Positions 39,783 through 54,095 of a stretch of 64,000 nt of DNA are shown piece by piece. Numbering within the stretch: the first letter of the stretch is position 1; each line of letters opens with the position of its first letter. Under the pieces are notes generated by a model. It did not search any database, was not told the DNA's origin, and was given only the letters and a program-made list of their open reading frames with translations. Source of the stretch: Perkinsus chesapeaki ATCC PRA-425 (taxonomy: Eukaryota; Protista; Perkinsozoa). A program made the position numbers and the translations under genes. The stretch is from the NCBI GenBank assembly GCA_013115145.1, contig JAAPAO010000032.1:1-64000 (forward strand), read 5' to 3'.

Positions 39783-42700
39783 TTATAGACTTAATACAAC
39801 ATATTCATGACCATACCTATTAGAATAATATTTACCACATTATTATATCACCTTATTACCTTGGTGTAAGCATTGGTGGTCCTGCTTGCCATTCATCAGT
39901 TTCTGGTCTATAAAACTCAATACTTGACAATGCCTACATTATATTAATATTATTATGACCATCCCAATAATACCCTCCACTACTGACTACTACCTCTCCA
40001 CCATTTTGTCCACCACCAAGTAGAATAGAATCCATAACAGGTGCTGCACAGCAATCCATCCTTTCAGTACCTTTTAATAATAATATTAACAACAACGACA
40101 ACAACAACAACAACAACAACAACCGCAGCAGCATCAGCATCAGCATCAGCAATAAGAAGCTATTAAATAAAGCTATATCATCTACCATATTACCAGCTTG
40201 ATGCTTATAATTCCAACCGTTATGTATATTAGATATAGAGAGACTTTCTACTGATGAATGCACCAGTTGTGTATTATCCGTACCTATTATTAATTATCAA
40301 CATTTATTATTATTTAATAATATTTATTACCTCCTATAACATATATATGCCCATTAAAGAATACTGCCGAGCCAGCAGATACCTCTTCAATCATATCCGT
40401 ACCAGGGATAGATGACCATTTATTATTTCGAATATCATACCTATTAATAATAACCCTCTTATTAACCCTTTACACCCCCCTTCCTATCAACTTCCTATTA
40501 TTACATTTCTATACTCTTCAGCCTTTTCCCTGAAGTGCCTCCTAATGCCCATATATGACCATTATTATCAGCAACAGCCATACAACTACTCCTTGGTGTA
40601 CTCATTGATGCTACATTCATCCAATTCCTCATACGTGGATCATAACTATAATAATAATATATATTATAGTAATATAATGGGTTATTATTATTACGCTTCT
40701 ACACTTGATAACATAGATGATCCATCATACCCTCCAATAGCGAATATTCTACCATCATCCTCAGTTATTGTTGATGCACAGTTCCTTCTGGGTGTATTCA
40801 AACTAGCCTATAGTAAAATGTTATTCCCCATTAGTAGTAGCACCACCCCCCCTTCGTTTATATTGTTACCCCTATCATCCATGTATCTCTGAGGGCATCA
40901 TACACCTCACTTTCACATAATGCTTTATAATCAAGGTTTTGACCACCAAAAACATAAAGTCGAGAATTGAATCCAGCAGAGCCAAAGTATGTCCCTAAAT
41001 AATCGTAATAATAATACATCTATTTATATATTACTCTCTGTATTCATTGGACGACATGGACGCCAACATTGATTTCCAACATCTAATACCTAACAATATT
41101 AAACTTAATAAGGATTTATTATTATTATTCACACTTCAACACTCCTTAAATGCTCTTCACCTGAATGTCCTCCTATCGCATATGTCAATGGGAATGGGAA
41201 AAAGCGTATCTACTATTATAATAAGTTACATAGAGTATTTTAGTAGATTACTCCATAATGGTTAGCTTCAACACTTAACCTTTCTGAATCAGTAGCATCT
41301 TTTGGGCATGGTGGTACCTACTACTACTACTTTATATTAATTATATTATATTATTACTACCTCTGGATTGCGTAAGAACCCAAGAAGATGTCTAAAAGAT
41401 TCAGCATCACGATCAATAAATATCCTTCCCTAAATAATTAATTGATGATTATATTAGTATATATAGCTTATTATTATATTACTTGTCTATCCCTTTGTGA
41501 TTCTATTCTTCCTGATGCTAAACCCTCTAATAATGAACCTTGCTGTCTCATTAATGTACCACGTGATGTTTCGAAAACAGTTCCTATAGTATTATTAATA
41601 CTATATAGTATATCTATTATTAATACTACCTCCAACATTAACATCAACCTTAGTTTCAATAGCTAATGTTTGATCAGCCATTCTTTTCCTTTCTTCATCT
41701 AATTTATTTTTATCCTAATACACATTAAACAACATTATGACTAGTTTCATCATCATCATTACAGCAGTGAGTGCATCCTCCTTCAACGTAAGCGTTCTTA
41801 ATGTATTATCTCTTTCAAGATTAAACCTCTGTTTATCAGCTTCTATCTTCCTTCTTGTATCAGCTCTCTCAGTTTTAATCTATTATTATTATAACAACAT
41901 ATTAATCCGTATCCCTTCTCCCTTACCACCACTATTACCTGTTTTAATTGATTCTGCATTTCAGCATCAGCTCTTCTACGATCCTCCTTTAATTTCATTA
42001 TACCTTTATTCTTCTCATCAACCTACCAATAACCTCCACTTTATCATCATCATCCTTAACTATTACAAATTCCTTCCAAACCCTTCTCTTTTCTTGTTCA
42101 AAATCATTCCTTTCTGTGTTTAAATCATTCTCTTCACGATTTAACTGAGCTTATCTATTATTAATTACATATATTATCAACATTACTGATGCTTCAGTTT
42201 TATCCAACCAACTTGTATATGATGTTCTCAAATCATTAACCATTACCTCAAAATCATCACCTAATAATAATATATAAAAGTATGAGTCTTTAGCCTACCC
42301 GTAATACTATCGATGATAACAACAACAACAGCAACAGCAAAATCCCCTCAATAATAATCCCCTTACGTGATTTTCCACCTTTTGACTTCTTCTGTGTATT
42401 GGACTGCTGGAATGCCCCAACTGCTGCTGTTGCCGTTGCTGGCGGTTGATGTACGGGTGTATTGAATGAAGTTGTGTTAGGTGGTACTGCAGTTGTTGTT
42501 GTAGTAAATGGTGATGATGATGTATTTAAGAATGGCATAGATGCTGCTGGTTGTTGTTGTATAGTATTATATGATGGTATAGTAAAAGTATTATTAGTAT
42601 CATAATAGTTGTTATTAACACTAGTAGTTCCTCCTCCTCCACCTCTACCTATACTAGGTGTAAATCCTCCTAATAATATAATGACATTTTAATAATACCC

Positions 42701-42872
42701 ATTAATTACTACCTGACCAATTAGTAGTAGGTGGTGAGAATGCTGATGGTGTAAACGATGATGATGATACCGGCATTTGATGATGTCCAGCTCCTCCTCC
42801 TTGTTGTTGTTGTTGAGTGTATGGTCTCTGAGTATTTGATGATGATACTGTGATCGGTGATGGTGCAGTCAT
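39783..42872 (-). CDS. K13: Kelch13 ortholog (low-complexity N-terminus, coiled coil, BTB/POZ, six-blade kelch propeller)
   Basis: VNVGGSIFETSRGTL, GRIFIDRD, FLRNP, FFPFPL, CWRPCRPM, LYVFGGQNLDYKAL, YDALRD, PRRN, GRIFAIGGYDGSS, TPRSS, GGQNGEV, EWQAGP..LTPRYGH are colinear with Plasmodium K13 as recalled. Confidence 0.92.
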
Positions 42873-42999
42873 GATGGCTCACAACAACGACAGTATCAAT
42901 AAGGTTATAACAAAATCAACTGTCAAACGACGTAATCAACTCAAGGGAAGCTCGCCAATGTCCGCCCAATTTCCGCGCCGCAATTAAATGATGGAGAAA

Positions 43000-43058
43000 T
43001 GACAAGTGCCGGGATCGAACCCACAGGTGCGCTGGGATGACGCATACCTTGAAATGAG
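43000..43058 (-). pseudogene. Class II (Leu-like) tRNA 3'-portion remnant
   Basis: TTCAAGG loop, TGCG..CGCA variable-arm hairpin, GTGGG TTCGATC CCGGC, ACTTGTC A; the 5' half is not recognisable. Confidence 0.4.
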
Positions 43059-43217
43059 TTTGTCCTGACTACATGTTGGTTTAAGCTTGCTGTTCGAGGT
43101 ACATTGTCAGACTCACTGATATTCTATTGGTTGCAGATAATCCATAGACTTACACAATACAAAATGATAAAGGTATGAAAAATACCAAATTAATAATAAT
43201 ATTGATCATGCAGCAGT

Positions 43218-46200
43218 TTAACGGGAATCTTCTATTTCAATTACTTCTTCTTCTTCTGATGCTTCTTTTGTTATTCTTTCATTGCAATATATCACCGATT
43301 TCGGGCGTTTATAATCAGGGGATGGTATCGATGATGCCCTACTAAATAACAATTATATATATATTCTAGTCATTCTTCGTTTTCTTACCTTCCACCACTT
43401 GAGCCTTCTACAAATAAATCTTGTCTTTTACGTTTTGCTATCATTCCTTGATTAATGATGCACCCTTCTTCTTCTTTATTATTATTAGTCATCATCGATA
43501 CTAATTCTAATCCAATATTATAAGATCTATTTATCATATTATGTGATAACGACGTAGAGGAGGAGGAGGAACTTATATTATTATTATCATCCATTTTAAC
43601 ATTAGTTCCCTTCTCTTCCCCCTTCTGTTTTTTATTTCCCCCATTTGTTTTATTCTTAGCTGCCTTATTTTTAGCAGCTAATTCAATCTGTGCTGTAATA
43701 CCAATAATACGATCCCTTAATGCCGGCTTCACTGTATTAATAAGATAAGTATATGCCTTATGAGCAAGTGTGCCTGGCTGTTTAATTGAACCATCGTTAC
43801 ATCTCCTTCGACGACTTCTAGCATTTATACTATTTGATCCCCTGAATAGTAATAATAACATTATTATTATAATTATTATTCTACATACTCGGAAGAAGCT
43901 GACTGCAACATAGCAGCCTCCTTTTTGGCCCAATAAAGGAATGGTAACTCATCCTCATTTCCTAATATAACTTTATCATCCCAACCACTAGGCATACCAT
44001 GTACAATAACACATGCAATTAAAGCTCTGAAGAATACAATAAAGAATATAACGATAACAACTACTACTACCTATCATGTATTTCACGCTTCCACCAAGGT
44101 AGAGTAATCTCATCATTAGTAGATTGATGAATTATGGTAAAATTATTAAGTCGTTCTAATAATTCATCCAACTTTCTTCTAAATATATCCTCTAAAGTGA
44201 TAATCTTTGTCTGATAATATAAATTATTATTATGGTTTGTTATTATTTGATTATATTACTTGATTAGATGGTGGATTAGGGAATTTACCAAAGACACCTT
44301 GTAGATTAGCTTTAACTTGAAGTTCTTCAAACTCATCAATTAATGTAATAGAATCATCATCCTTTCCCAGTAAAGGAAATGGCCTTTTAAATTGAATATT
44401 GATATCACCAGAATTAAATGGTATAAACCTGAGATATTAAAATAACTTAGATATATGATAATACAACAATACTAATTACATTAGCTCTTTAAAAGGATTA
44501 TTTATATTATTCATTTCTAAATCATCTTTTTGTCCTCTTAAACCCATTGCTAATTCCCAAAGGTAAACACATGTAAAATCGATACAATCCTGAGCTTTAA
44601 TACAAGGACTTTTACGAGTAATTGTGGAACCTAATAATTAATTATTACACTACTAATATATTACTATATATACCTAGCTCCTCCATTACAGCTTTAGACC
44701 ATGGTTTTAACTTAGTACATCCTATAAATCGACCTTGTAATGCTTTATCACCTATTATTATCCATACAACAATTATATAATAATATTATCATATTACTCT
44801 TAATCCCTTCACTATTATTAAATATATAATCCCATGCTGATGATGCATCAAACTTCCCATCGTCGTCATCATCATCTGTTATATGATCAGATTTATCATT
44901 TAATGGTTTACGAAATCCGACTTTAGTACGACTACTATTACAGCACGGACGATACTCTTTAAGTATATCAATAAACTGACAACAATAATAATACCATCAA
45001 AGCCGCATCAGCAGGAGAAGGAGAAGGAGGAGGAGGAGAAGGAGCAGATTGAACGTTATTACGATAATCCATAGTTGTTGTGGTATACCAAGTTTTCTTA
45101 TAATCTTAACCATCGCCTCAGCTCTGCCATAACTACCCCATTTTTCAGATACTGGTGGTTCAGCATCAATCTTTCTACGTCGAGCAACATCAGCTTTTAT
45201 TTTACCTTCCATTACTGATGCGGCATTCTTAAATGGTATAAATGCTTTACGTATTATCCTAAAGATTAATAAGCCATAAACAATGATAATAATAGACGAT
45301 CAGACTTACATCATTTCTGCATATTCAAAGCCACCTCTAGTAATATCAATACCTTCAATAATAACCTTTGTTAATCTTATTGCAATATCACCACTCTTTT
45401 CCATACCACACATTGTACACATCTTGATAAGATAAGATAAAATATCATTACTACCACATGGCTGAGATGGCTGAGATAAAGAACCTTGAACATGATTACT
45501 ATTCAAGATACTGGTATTAACAACTAATTCATATTTACTACTTGATAAATGTGGATACCAATTCATTGTACTTGTTGGATAAAATACTATAGTTCGTAGG
45601 ACATGATGAAGGTGTAATATTCTTAAATATTCTCTAGCCCTTAACTACATAATATACAACATCACACAATAGTTATTATATTAAGTTTATATAACATTAC
45701 CATCTTAGCGTTATTGTCATTGGTAGTATCAGCAAATGGTAGACCAGCATCCTCAAATATTATACTTGTTATTGGCTCTTCATCTGCTCCTGCTCCTGTT
45801 CCTGTTATTGTTGTATTATGAAATACCTCCTCACCACCCTTAGCTGAACATCTTAAAACATTTAAATAAGCTTTAGTTAACTTTAATACTCCCGTTGGGG
45901 AACAGTAACTATAACAACATAATCATAATCATTTATAACATATTATTAATACTCACCTTTGAAGAGATCTTGGTACAATACTATCAATTATCCAACTACA
46001 CCATTCTTTAACATCACGCTGATTTAATAATTCTTTAGGTAGTAGCATATCCCCTCTTATACTAGTATTATCTATCGATAGTGTTACATACATAAACTAA
46101 CATACTTAATACCCTTAATATCATCATCATAATCTTCATTCATCATAACACCATCAACCTTTGATCTTATACATGATGATGATGGCTGCTGCTGCTGGCG

Positions 46201-49200
46201 AGTTGTTGTATCACTAGACGATGGTATCATTACACATAATGCACCTAATCTTACATATGATTATATTATTAATCATTATCCTACCTGGTGGAACAAATGA
46301 ACTATTGGTTTCTAATACAACTGGTCTTAATGGTTTACTACACCTACTACTTGAGATAGGTGATGATGTTTTAGGACTTGAACGATGGTTGGCTGGTGAT
46401 AATGATAACAACAATGACAGTAGAGATAAGTAGTAATAAATATTACCACCACTGTTATTAGTATATGATATTAAATCTGACTTAGTGCCCGGTATCTTCT
46501 TTATTATTGGATCAAATATACTTGGTGGAATACCATAACGTAGAGTCATATTAACAAATCCCTTATAATAATAATAATATATCATCTTTTATAAATTACA
46601 TATATTACATTAATAAGTTGTCTAGATGTTGTATCACATTTAGTCCATATATAGATATCTTGTGCCTCCTTCCAATACTTCCATAATGTCTTAATTCTTG
46701 ATATAATAAAATCATATGTTGGTATTGGTAATTCTTCATTATACCATTCCTAATAATAGTAGTATTACCTCCTCTTCATCGTTATAATTCATAATAACAT
46801 TATTTTACCTTTAACTTTCCTAATCTACATTTAATACTATCATATGGTATTATTTTATGATTTGCCGCCTTCTTTAATACCTTATGTAGACCACTACTTG
46901 CTCTTGTTGTATCTATCGGTGGTATAATTACTACTACCTTGACTACCCTGATGTTATATCACTATACTAGATTACTACCTATTAATTCTCTATCATCATC
47001 AGTTGTCCACCATTGCCTAGTACTACTACGTGCATTAGATCCTGCTGCTGCTGCTGGTGCACCAATAGCTGCTCTCTTCATCCATTTAGGTTCATTACTT
47101 ATATCAATAGTTGTATCATTATCACCGATACGTCTAATTAACCCTTCTTTAATAAATCTATGATATTGATCCTTCCTATTTAACCATTCCACTTCACATA
47201 TCCCATCTCCACCATTGTAATGATCATCATTACTAAGTCTACCCTTTAAAATAGCCTCTTGCCACTCCTCATCTACTCTATGAAATGCTTCAATTCTAGT
47301 ACCAACTCTTATTCCTCTCGAGCCCGCCACATCAACTGATGATGATGATGTTATAATAAATGGTACATCACTATTAGGTATGCTTGGTGATACCATTGTA
47401 ACAATACCGTGTAATGCATCCATGGTATCTAATACAATAATAATATACCAATACTCAGTACTCTATACAGCAGTATTATTATTACATAACATTCTCTCAG
47501 CATCATCAGCTGCTTGATTAATATAATCATCAATTAAATCATCATTTTTCATACTACCATCAATCAATCTACCCCATTGAGGGAATAGATATGTATTTAT
47601 ACCTTTAACTTTACCAGTTATTAATGCTCCTATACCATTTAACATATCTTTATTAGTATCATCAACATCGTTAGTAGTCTTTCTAAACTCAGCTTTAATA
47701 CGTCCCCATAATCTATGCCAACATCTTTCATTCCCATCAAAGTCATTGATACTCTTCACATCCTCAATCACCCTTTTCATAATATTTAAATCAAATAACC
47801 ATTCTAACTGATCTAGCAATGTCTCATTAACACTATTGGATGATCCAGCAATGGATGATGCAGCCCCATCTGGTTTATAATCTGAATCATCATCATTATA
47901 ACCATTATCATCATCTTCAATAATATTATGCTCAGCTCGAATAGCAATAACCTTCACTAAAGTACCTACAATAATAAGCCCTATTAAAACAACAACAATG
48001 ATAGTAATAAAACCCTCTACTTATTCGTTACCAATAAATGATATCATAATTTCCTTAAATGCTGACTCATCCATATCATCATTAACCATTCCTTCCTCTT
48101 CATAAGGTGTATCGGTGGGTGAGGAGGCAGTATAAGATGACTTTGATGATGATGGACTAGGTTCAAGTGTTATATTAGAAGCTTCTTTCGAACCTATTAT
48201 ACAATTCCTTATATCCACCATTGAATAAGATGATTATTATAATGATACTAACCAATAATATATGATCTCATAGCAGACCATTGTCCATATGCTCCAGCTG
48301 TAAGGAATTCACGCAATCTATGGCGAGTATCCTTATCATTCCATGGTGAACTAATAATTAATATAATTAATAATAATTTATTATTAATATTCACCCAAGT
48401 TTCATTATCTTATTTAACTCTAATTGTTCGGCATAAGTTGGTTCCCCCCTATTAGCTGCTCGACCACCACCACCACCTTCATCCATTCTCTTATAATCAG
48501 CCCAAGATGGCTGTACATAACTAATTACTTCTTTCCTTCGTTTACCCGGATCTATCAGCATCCAACTAATCCTTATTAATATATAATAACAGCTTACCAG
48601 TTACTAAACCCTGTGATATCAATTTATCAAAGTCATCTCCAGCTAGTTTACGCCAAAAGTCAGCATCATCAACATTAATCTAATAATAACAACGACATCA
48701 TGGTTTTATTCATCAATTGCTGCTGCTATGATGATGACCTTAGATTCTCCTTCTTCTTGTTGTTGCTGTATTGTTTTATCATTCTCATCATCATCTTTTA
48801 TTAAATCAGCTTCATTAGCTACAAATGTTGCCTTTGAGAATGCACTCCTTTGCCCTCCAGCAACCACTGTACCATATCTAAAGTATAATAATAATACGAA
48901 CACCAACAACAACATCGTTGATAACATTACTTAACAGTTTTAGCTCTATCACCAGATAATATATCATCAATAGTTGCTGCCATAAAGCTGCCTTCAGCTT
49001 TAGATGTATCATCATCTTCACCCGACCCACTTTCAAATGCAGCATATGCTCCTAATAGAATGCCGCCCTTATTATTATTAACTATACAGTATAGTCTACA
49101 CTCCATTTTACCTCTTTTGATAAGATCTTGTAACTCCTTTCTAGATAATTCAAGTTTAGAGTTTTTTGTTACACCAGACATTAAAGCTTGTTCTAATCCT

Positions 49201-52178
49201 AACTTTTTAGATGCCACATCAAACATTCTTTCTTCATAACTATTTCTAGTTATTAAACGATACACTTTAACTTCTTTACTTTGTCCAATACGATGACATC
49301 TACAACAACAACAATAACAATAAAAGTAAGACGAATAATAATAATATCTAACTACTAACCTAGCTTGAGCTTGCATATCATTCTGTGGATTCCAATCAGA
49401 ATCATATATAATAACAACATTAGCAGCTGTTAAATTAATACCAACTCCACCAGCTCTAGTTGATAATAAGAATACCCAAGGCTGAGAGGCTTGAGAGGCA
49501 CCACCCATACCACCAACACCATTATTATTATCATCATATGGTGTTGCATTAAAACGATCAATTGCTTCTTGTCTTTCAACTCCAGATACATTACCATCCA
49601 ATCGCTCATATTTATATCTAACAACAACACTATGAATAACAACAGCATTTACTCGTACCCTTTATATAATAGATAATCTTCTATAACATCTAAGGCTCTT
49701 GTCATTTGGGAGAATATTAATGCTTTTTGTTTAGTTTCTATTAATCTTGGTAATAGTTTATCAATAAACACCATTTTACCAGACATCTCTATTAATGATT
49801 TCATAACTAACTCATCATGTGATGATATATTACTATCTAATAATAATAATATACTACTCCTCACGTTGACATTGTGTAAAGTACTACTTTCATTCGCCGC
49901 TCTTATATGTTCCTCTTCAACATTATCTAATAAATAAGGATGTGCTAAACACTTCCTTAATTGCATGCATATATTTTTATATTGAGATGTATCAATAATA
50001 CCACCACCAGCATCAGCTGCAGCTAACTGGCAGAAACTTCTTTCATATATACTTTTATAAACCTTCCTTTGCATTCTTGTAAATTCAACAGATATAACAA
50101 CTTCCTCTTTAGGCGGTACCTACCAACAATACCAACATTACCCTTATAACACTAATTCGATATAATTCTATAACCTGTTTCATAACATCCGTTTTATGCC
50201 TTCTGAGAATATATGGTTTCATAACATTAACTAATTCATTAGCTGCAGCTGTATTATCATCTCCATCTGTATTATCATCATTATCACACACTACAGAGCC
50301 ATACCTTGCTAATAATAATAATATAGATACAACATGATCATAATGGTTTATAATATTACTTATCATAGAATACATCCCAATTATTGAATGTTTTACGATC
50401 AACTACATTTAATACAGACCATAACTCTTGTAGATTATTCTGTATAGGTGTACCTAATAATACCGACAATATAGAGGAGGATAATAATAATTAGTATTAT
50501 ATTAATACCGGTTAAGAGCAAATGATGATCGACCTTCATTTTATTACGATCACATATAACTTGTTTAGCTAAACTATCAACACCTTTTAATCGATGACCT
50601 TCATCCATTATCATTAATCTCCAATGATAACAATTAAATGCTGATGGTGTTTGTATAACAGTTTCATATGATGCTACCACAACATCAAATTTAGGCCTGA
50701 ATAAGAACTACAACAACAAGTCGTAGAGTTGTACTTATGCTCATTATTACTTATAATTAATATCACCTTTAGCTGCATTCTTTTCTTTTATTGTTTTACC
50801 TGTATTAATATCAACCCAATTAATAATATAATCTTGAATTAGTGGTCTCTCATGTTGAGATCCATGAAATACTACAGTATGCAATGCAGGAGCCCACTAA
50901 TAACATATTATTATTATTAACAGGCTTCTTAGGCTTATTCTTAATACTACTACTTTGGCTAATTCCCTTTTCCAATGTCCAAGAGTGGATAAAGGCGCAA
51001 CAACAAGACACGGTCCAACTCCACCAGTTAGATCATGAACTGCTGATATAAATACTGAACTTTGCACTGTTTTACCAAGACCCATCTCATCTAATTAGAC
51101 TTATTAATAATAATAATAATAGTGGTAGACCTATTATATCATCATACCACTTACCAGCTAGAATAGAACCTCTCGATTGTGACCAATTGTAGAGTAACCA
51201 TTGTACACCTTGAACCTGATACAATAATAATCAACTTATATATTATTATAAAATGTATAATTACCTGGAAATCGAATAACTGCTCATCTATAGGTTTATA
51301 ATAATATTTATGACAAGTATTATCATCAACTTTATTATTATTATCATCTTCAATATTATTATTATACCATGTATCAGATGCATCCTAATAGTAGATGGTA
51401 TATATTAAATACTATTACTACTACTATCATTATGCCTAGATCTACCTTAGGTCTATTCATTATTGCCTTCATTCTAACCTTCCTTTTCTTATTATTTATA
51501 TTACGCCAATTAGTTAATAAATCCTCAGGTATATCATTCTATAACAACAACATTATAATAATAATTAACATTCTTAATTTACTATTAAATACCTCATGCT
51601 CCCAAGTGGCTTGAGTAAGTGGTAAAGCACGCCATTTTACTAACCATTCCTTATCTTCATTAAATGTTAAAACACTATCCATTTGTAACCTAATATAAAG
51701 TAATACCCCTATATATTCTGGTATTATTACCATTCTCCTTTAATAATATCCCTCTCTATAAGATTATCTAATAACCTATCACTCTTGGAATGTATCCCTA
51801 CTGACTTTCTAGGTGACATACTATTATTATGAGTTTCGAATAAAATAGAAAACTCATACTCTGAACCTTCATGCTTTACATCGAAATGTTTCATCTGTTG
51901 TTATTGTTATAATAACAAAAAGAAGGAGTTATTGTTATTATTACTCTTTGCAATGCTGATGGGAATGTATCAATTAGTTTACTTCTCTTAACCCATTCCA
52001 CTTTACGATAGGAATATCCTTTCCATTTCACTAAATATTCACTTTTATCTTCCCTACGGGCAAGTATACAATCAATCTCTTTGTCTTCATTGGGGCCAAT
52101 TGACATAGATCTGCTGCTTTTGGGGAAGTTACCACGATTATCCGCTTTACGAGTCTGGCGGGGATTTGATGATGGCAT
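43218..52178 (-). CDS. CHD-family chromodomain SNF2 helicase; the long C-terminal extension (43.2-48 kb) is probably part of the same gene
   Basis: Two chromodomains ([18 protein letters not shown]...ATWE), [64 protein letters not shown]. Minus-strand exons continue to EIEDSR* at 43218; a split into two genes is not excluded. Confidence 0.85.
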
Positions 52179-52324
52179 TTAACTTATAAGTTCACACTAG
52201 TTTAAGGTATGCCAAAAATATTAACAAAAACTAGACACAGGTAGTATTGAAAAGTTAAAGTAATAGCGCAACACCGGGGAGGGGGCATGGGCGTAATGAC
52301 TGTCTTACAAGAATATGTAGTTCA

Positions 52325-52780
52325 TTAACACCCTAGGTAGTTCACCTTGGACTGTCGTTTGCTCTTTAAAACGCGATGGAGTTCAATACCATAATAGCAT
52401 ACGTTATCTACTTGAAAGAAATTAATATAACTCAGTTGTCTTCGTACAAGACATAAGACATTCTTGTTGACCTCACTCTGGAGTGAATCTTTTAATACGC
52501 TTGAATTAGCAAATAGCATTTTAGCAACAGCTAATATACTGTATTGCCAATGTGATTGAATGGCAAAAAGCCTATCCGATTTAGGTTTATTAGATGATGC
52601 TGTTGATTCAATATAATTAAATAATTCATTATTAATAGATTTACTATTATTAGATCCAATACGACAATGACCATATTGACCACGGTAACATGTTAGACTT
52701 GGTACTACCCAATTAGCATCAAGACAAGTACCTTCCCCTTCAACTACAAAGATATGACCTCCTGACGACCATGATGCATG
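52325..52780 (-). pseudogene. 5'-truncated fragment resembling the C-terminus of a PLC-like phosphodiesterase
   Basis: About 150 open codons ending INFFQVDNVCYYGIEL; the upstream exon carries an in-frame TAA. The family assignment is by resemblance only. Confidence 0.35.
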
Positions 52781-52906
52781 CTATAATATATAATAATGTT
52801 GTTTAGGGCTTACCTCCTTTTAACTATACCATGCTTCACACTTAAAGAATAAGAAGAATCCCCCTGCCGGAGCAATCGGTTCATGCGTACAGATAAAAAA
52901 AGGGAG

Positions 52907-52954
52907 AAAAACATCACCAGCAGGAATCGAACTCGAAACTAACGAATCTGCTGG
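52907..52954 (-). other. B-box/T-arm-like element with oligo-T
   Basis: CCAGCAG...GAGTTCGATTCCTGCTGGTGATGTTTTT; CCAGCAG/CTGCTGG form an inverted repeat. Confidence 0.3.
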
Positions 52955-53005
52955 CAAATAAGGAATCAGATAATGTAAATGTTATAGGTATTAGTTATTA
53001 TTAAT

Positions 53006-54004
53006 ATGAGACATCGAAAAGCAGAATTTAGACTAAGAGTTAATAATGATAGTTGGGAGGATGTAAGCAGTAGTAGTAGTGATGATGATGATGATGGTGG
53101 TGAAGAGGAGGAATATGGTCTTAAAGGTATTGTATATAATAATATAATACAGTTAGTGATAGTTGTAGTAGATGATACTAAAGAAGTTGTTGTTACTAAG
53201 GCTAAGGCCCCTTTACATATTACGAAAACTAATACAACTAATAAAAAGAAGAAGACACGGTCTGAAAAGAATAAGTACATAAAGGGTGTGCAGGGTGTGT
53301 TGTTATGGTTATAATTTAGGCCATTAGAAGTATCATCTCGAGCACCTATATCAGCTGGTAGAGAGCAACATAAAAATAATAATAGTAAATCAGCCATAAT
53401 AACCGATCCACGCTTCAATGACCTTACTGGTTCATTCAATGCTGAAGGGTTTGCTAAAGCATATTCCTTCCTTAATGATGTGAGTAGCTATATATCCTAT
53501 ATATCTAATAATAGTTCAGTATCGGGAATCGGAGAAATCTGATATGAATAAGGAAATATCGAAATTGAAGAAGAAGGGGAAGATTACGGAGGCCGAAGGT
53601 ATCGAATCTGAACTTAAACGTATGGAGTCACAGGATATTGTAATACTTATTACTTTCATGGTTATAGTTGATAATATTATTAGGCACGTAGAAGGCTATC
53701 TATCAAACATGAAGCATTAAAGGAAATACGACAAAAACAACGAGAACAAGTAGCTAAGACTGGTACTAAGGGGGTAGAGGGATATAAAGGTTTATAATTA
53801 TTTGTATATTAAATAGGTAAAATGCCTTACTTCCCTAAACAATCAGAGTTAAATAAACGTGTTAAGGATGCTATGTTACGTGAGACAGCTGGTAAAAGTA
53901 AAGGAGCACAGGAAAGGGTTATGGCTAAAAGGCAAAAGAGAGAAGCTGCTAAAGAAAAGAAGAATATACCAAGTCGTAGGATAATAGATTCACAAGATTA
54001 TTAA
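53006..54004 (+). CDS. RRP36: rRNA biogenesis protein RRP36 (DUF947) (multi-exon)
   Basis: Acidic N-terminus, EVSSRAPI, DPRFNDLTGSFN...F.KAYSFL, PYFPKQSE, C-terminal KRQKREAAKEKK. Confidence 0.85.
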
Positions 54005-54095
54005 CGACGTTATATTTCCTCCCTTACTATGAACGTTATTGATTATTATTGCTGTAGTAGTGTTATAGTAAAATATATTAAAGTGGATTAAGGAT

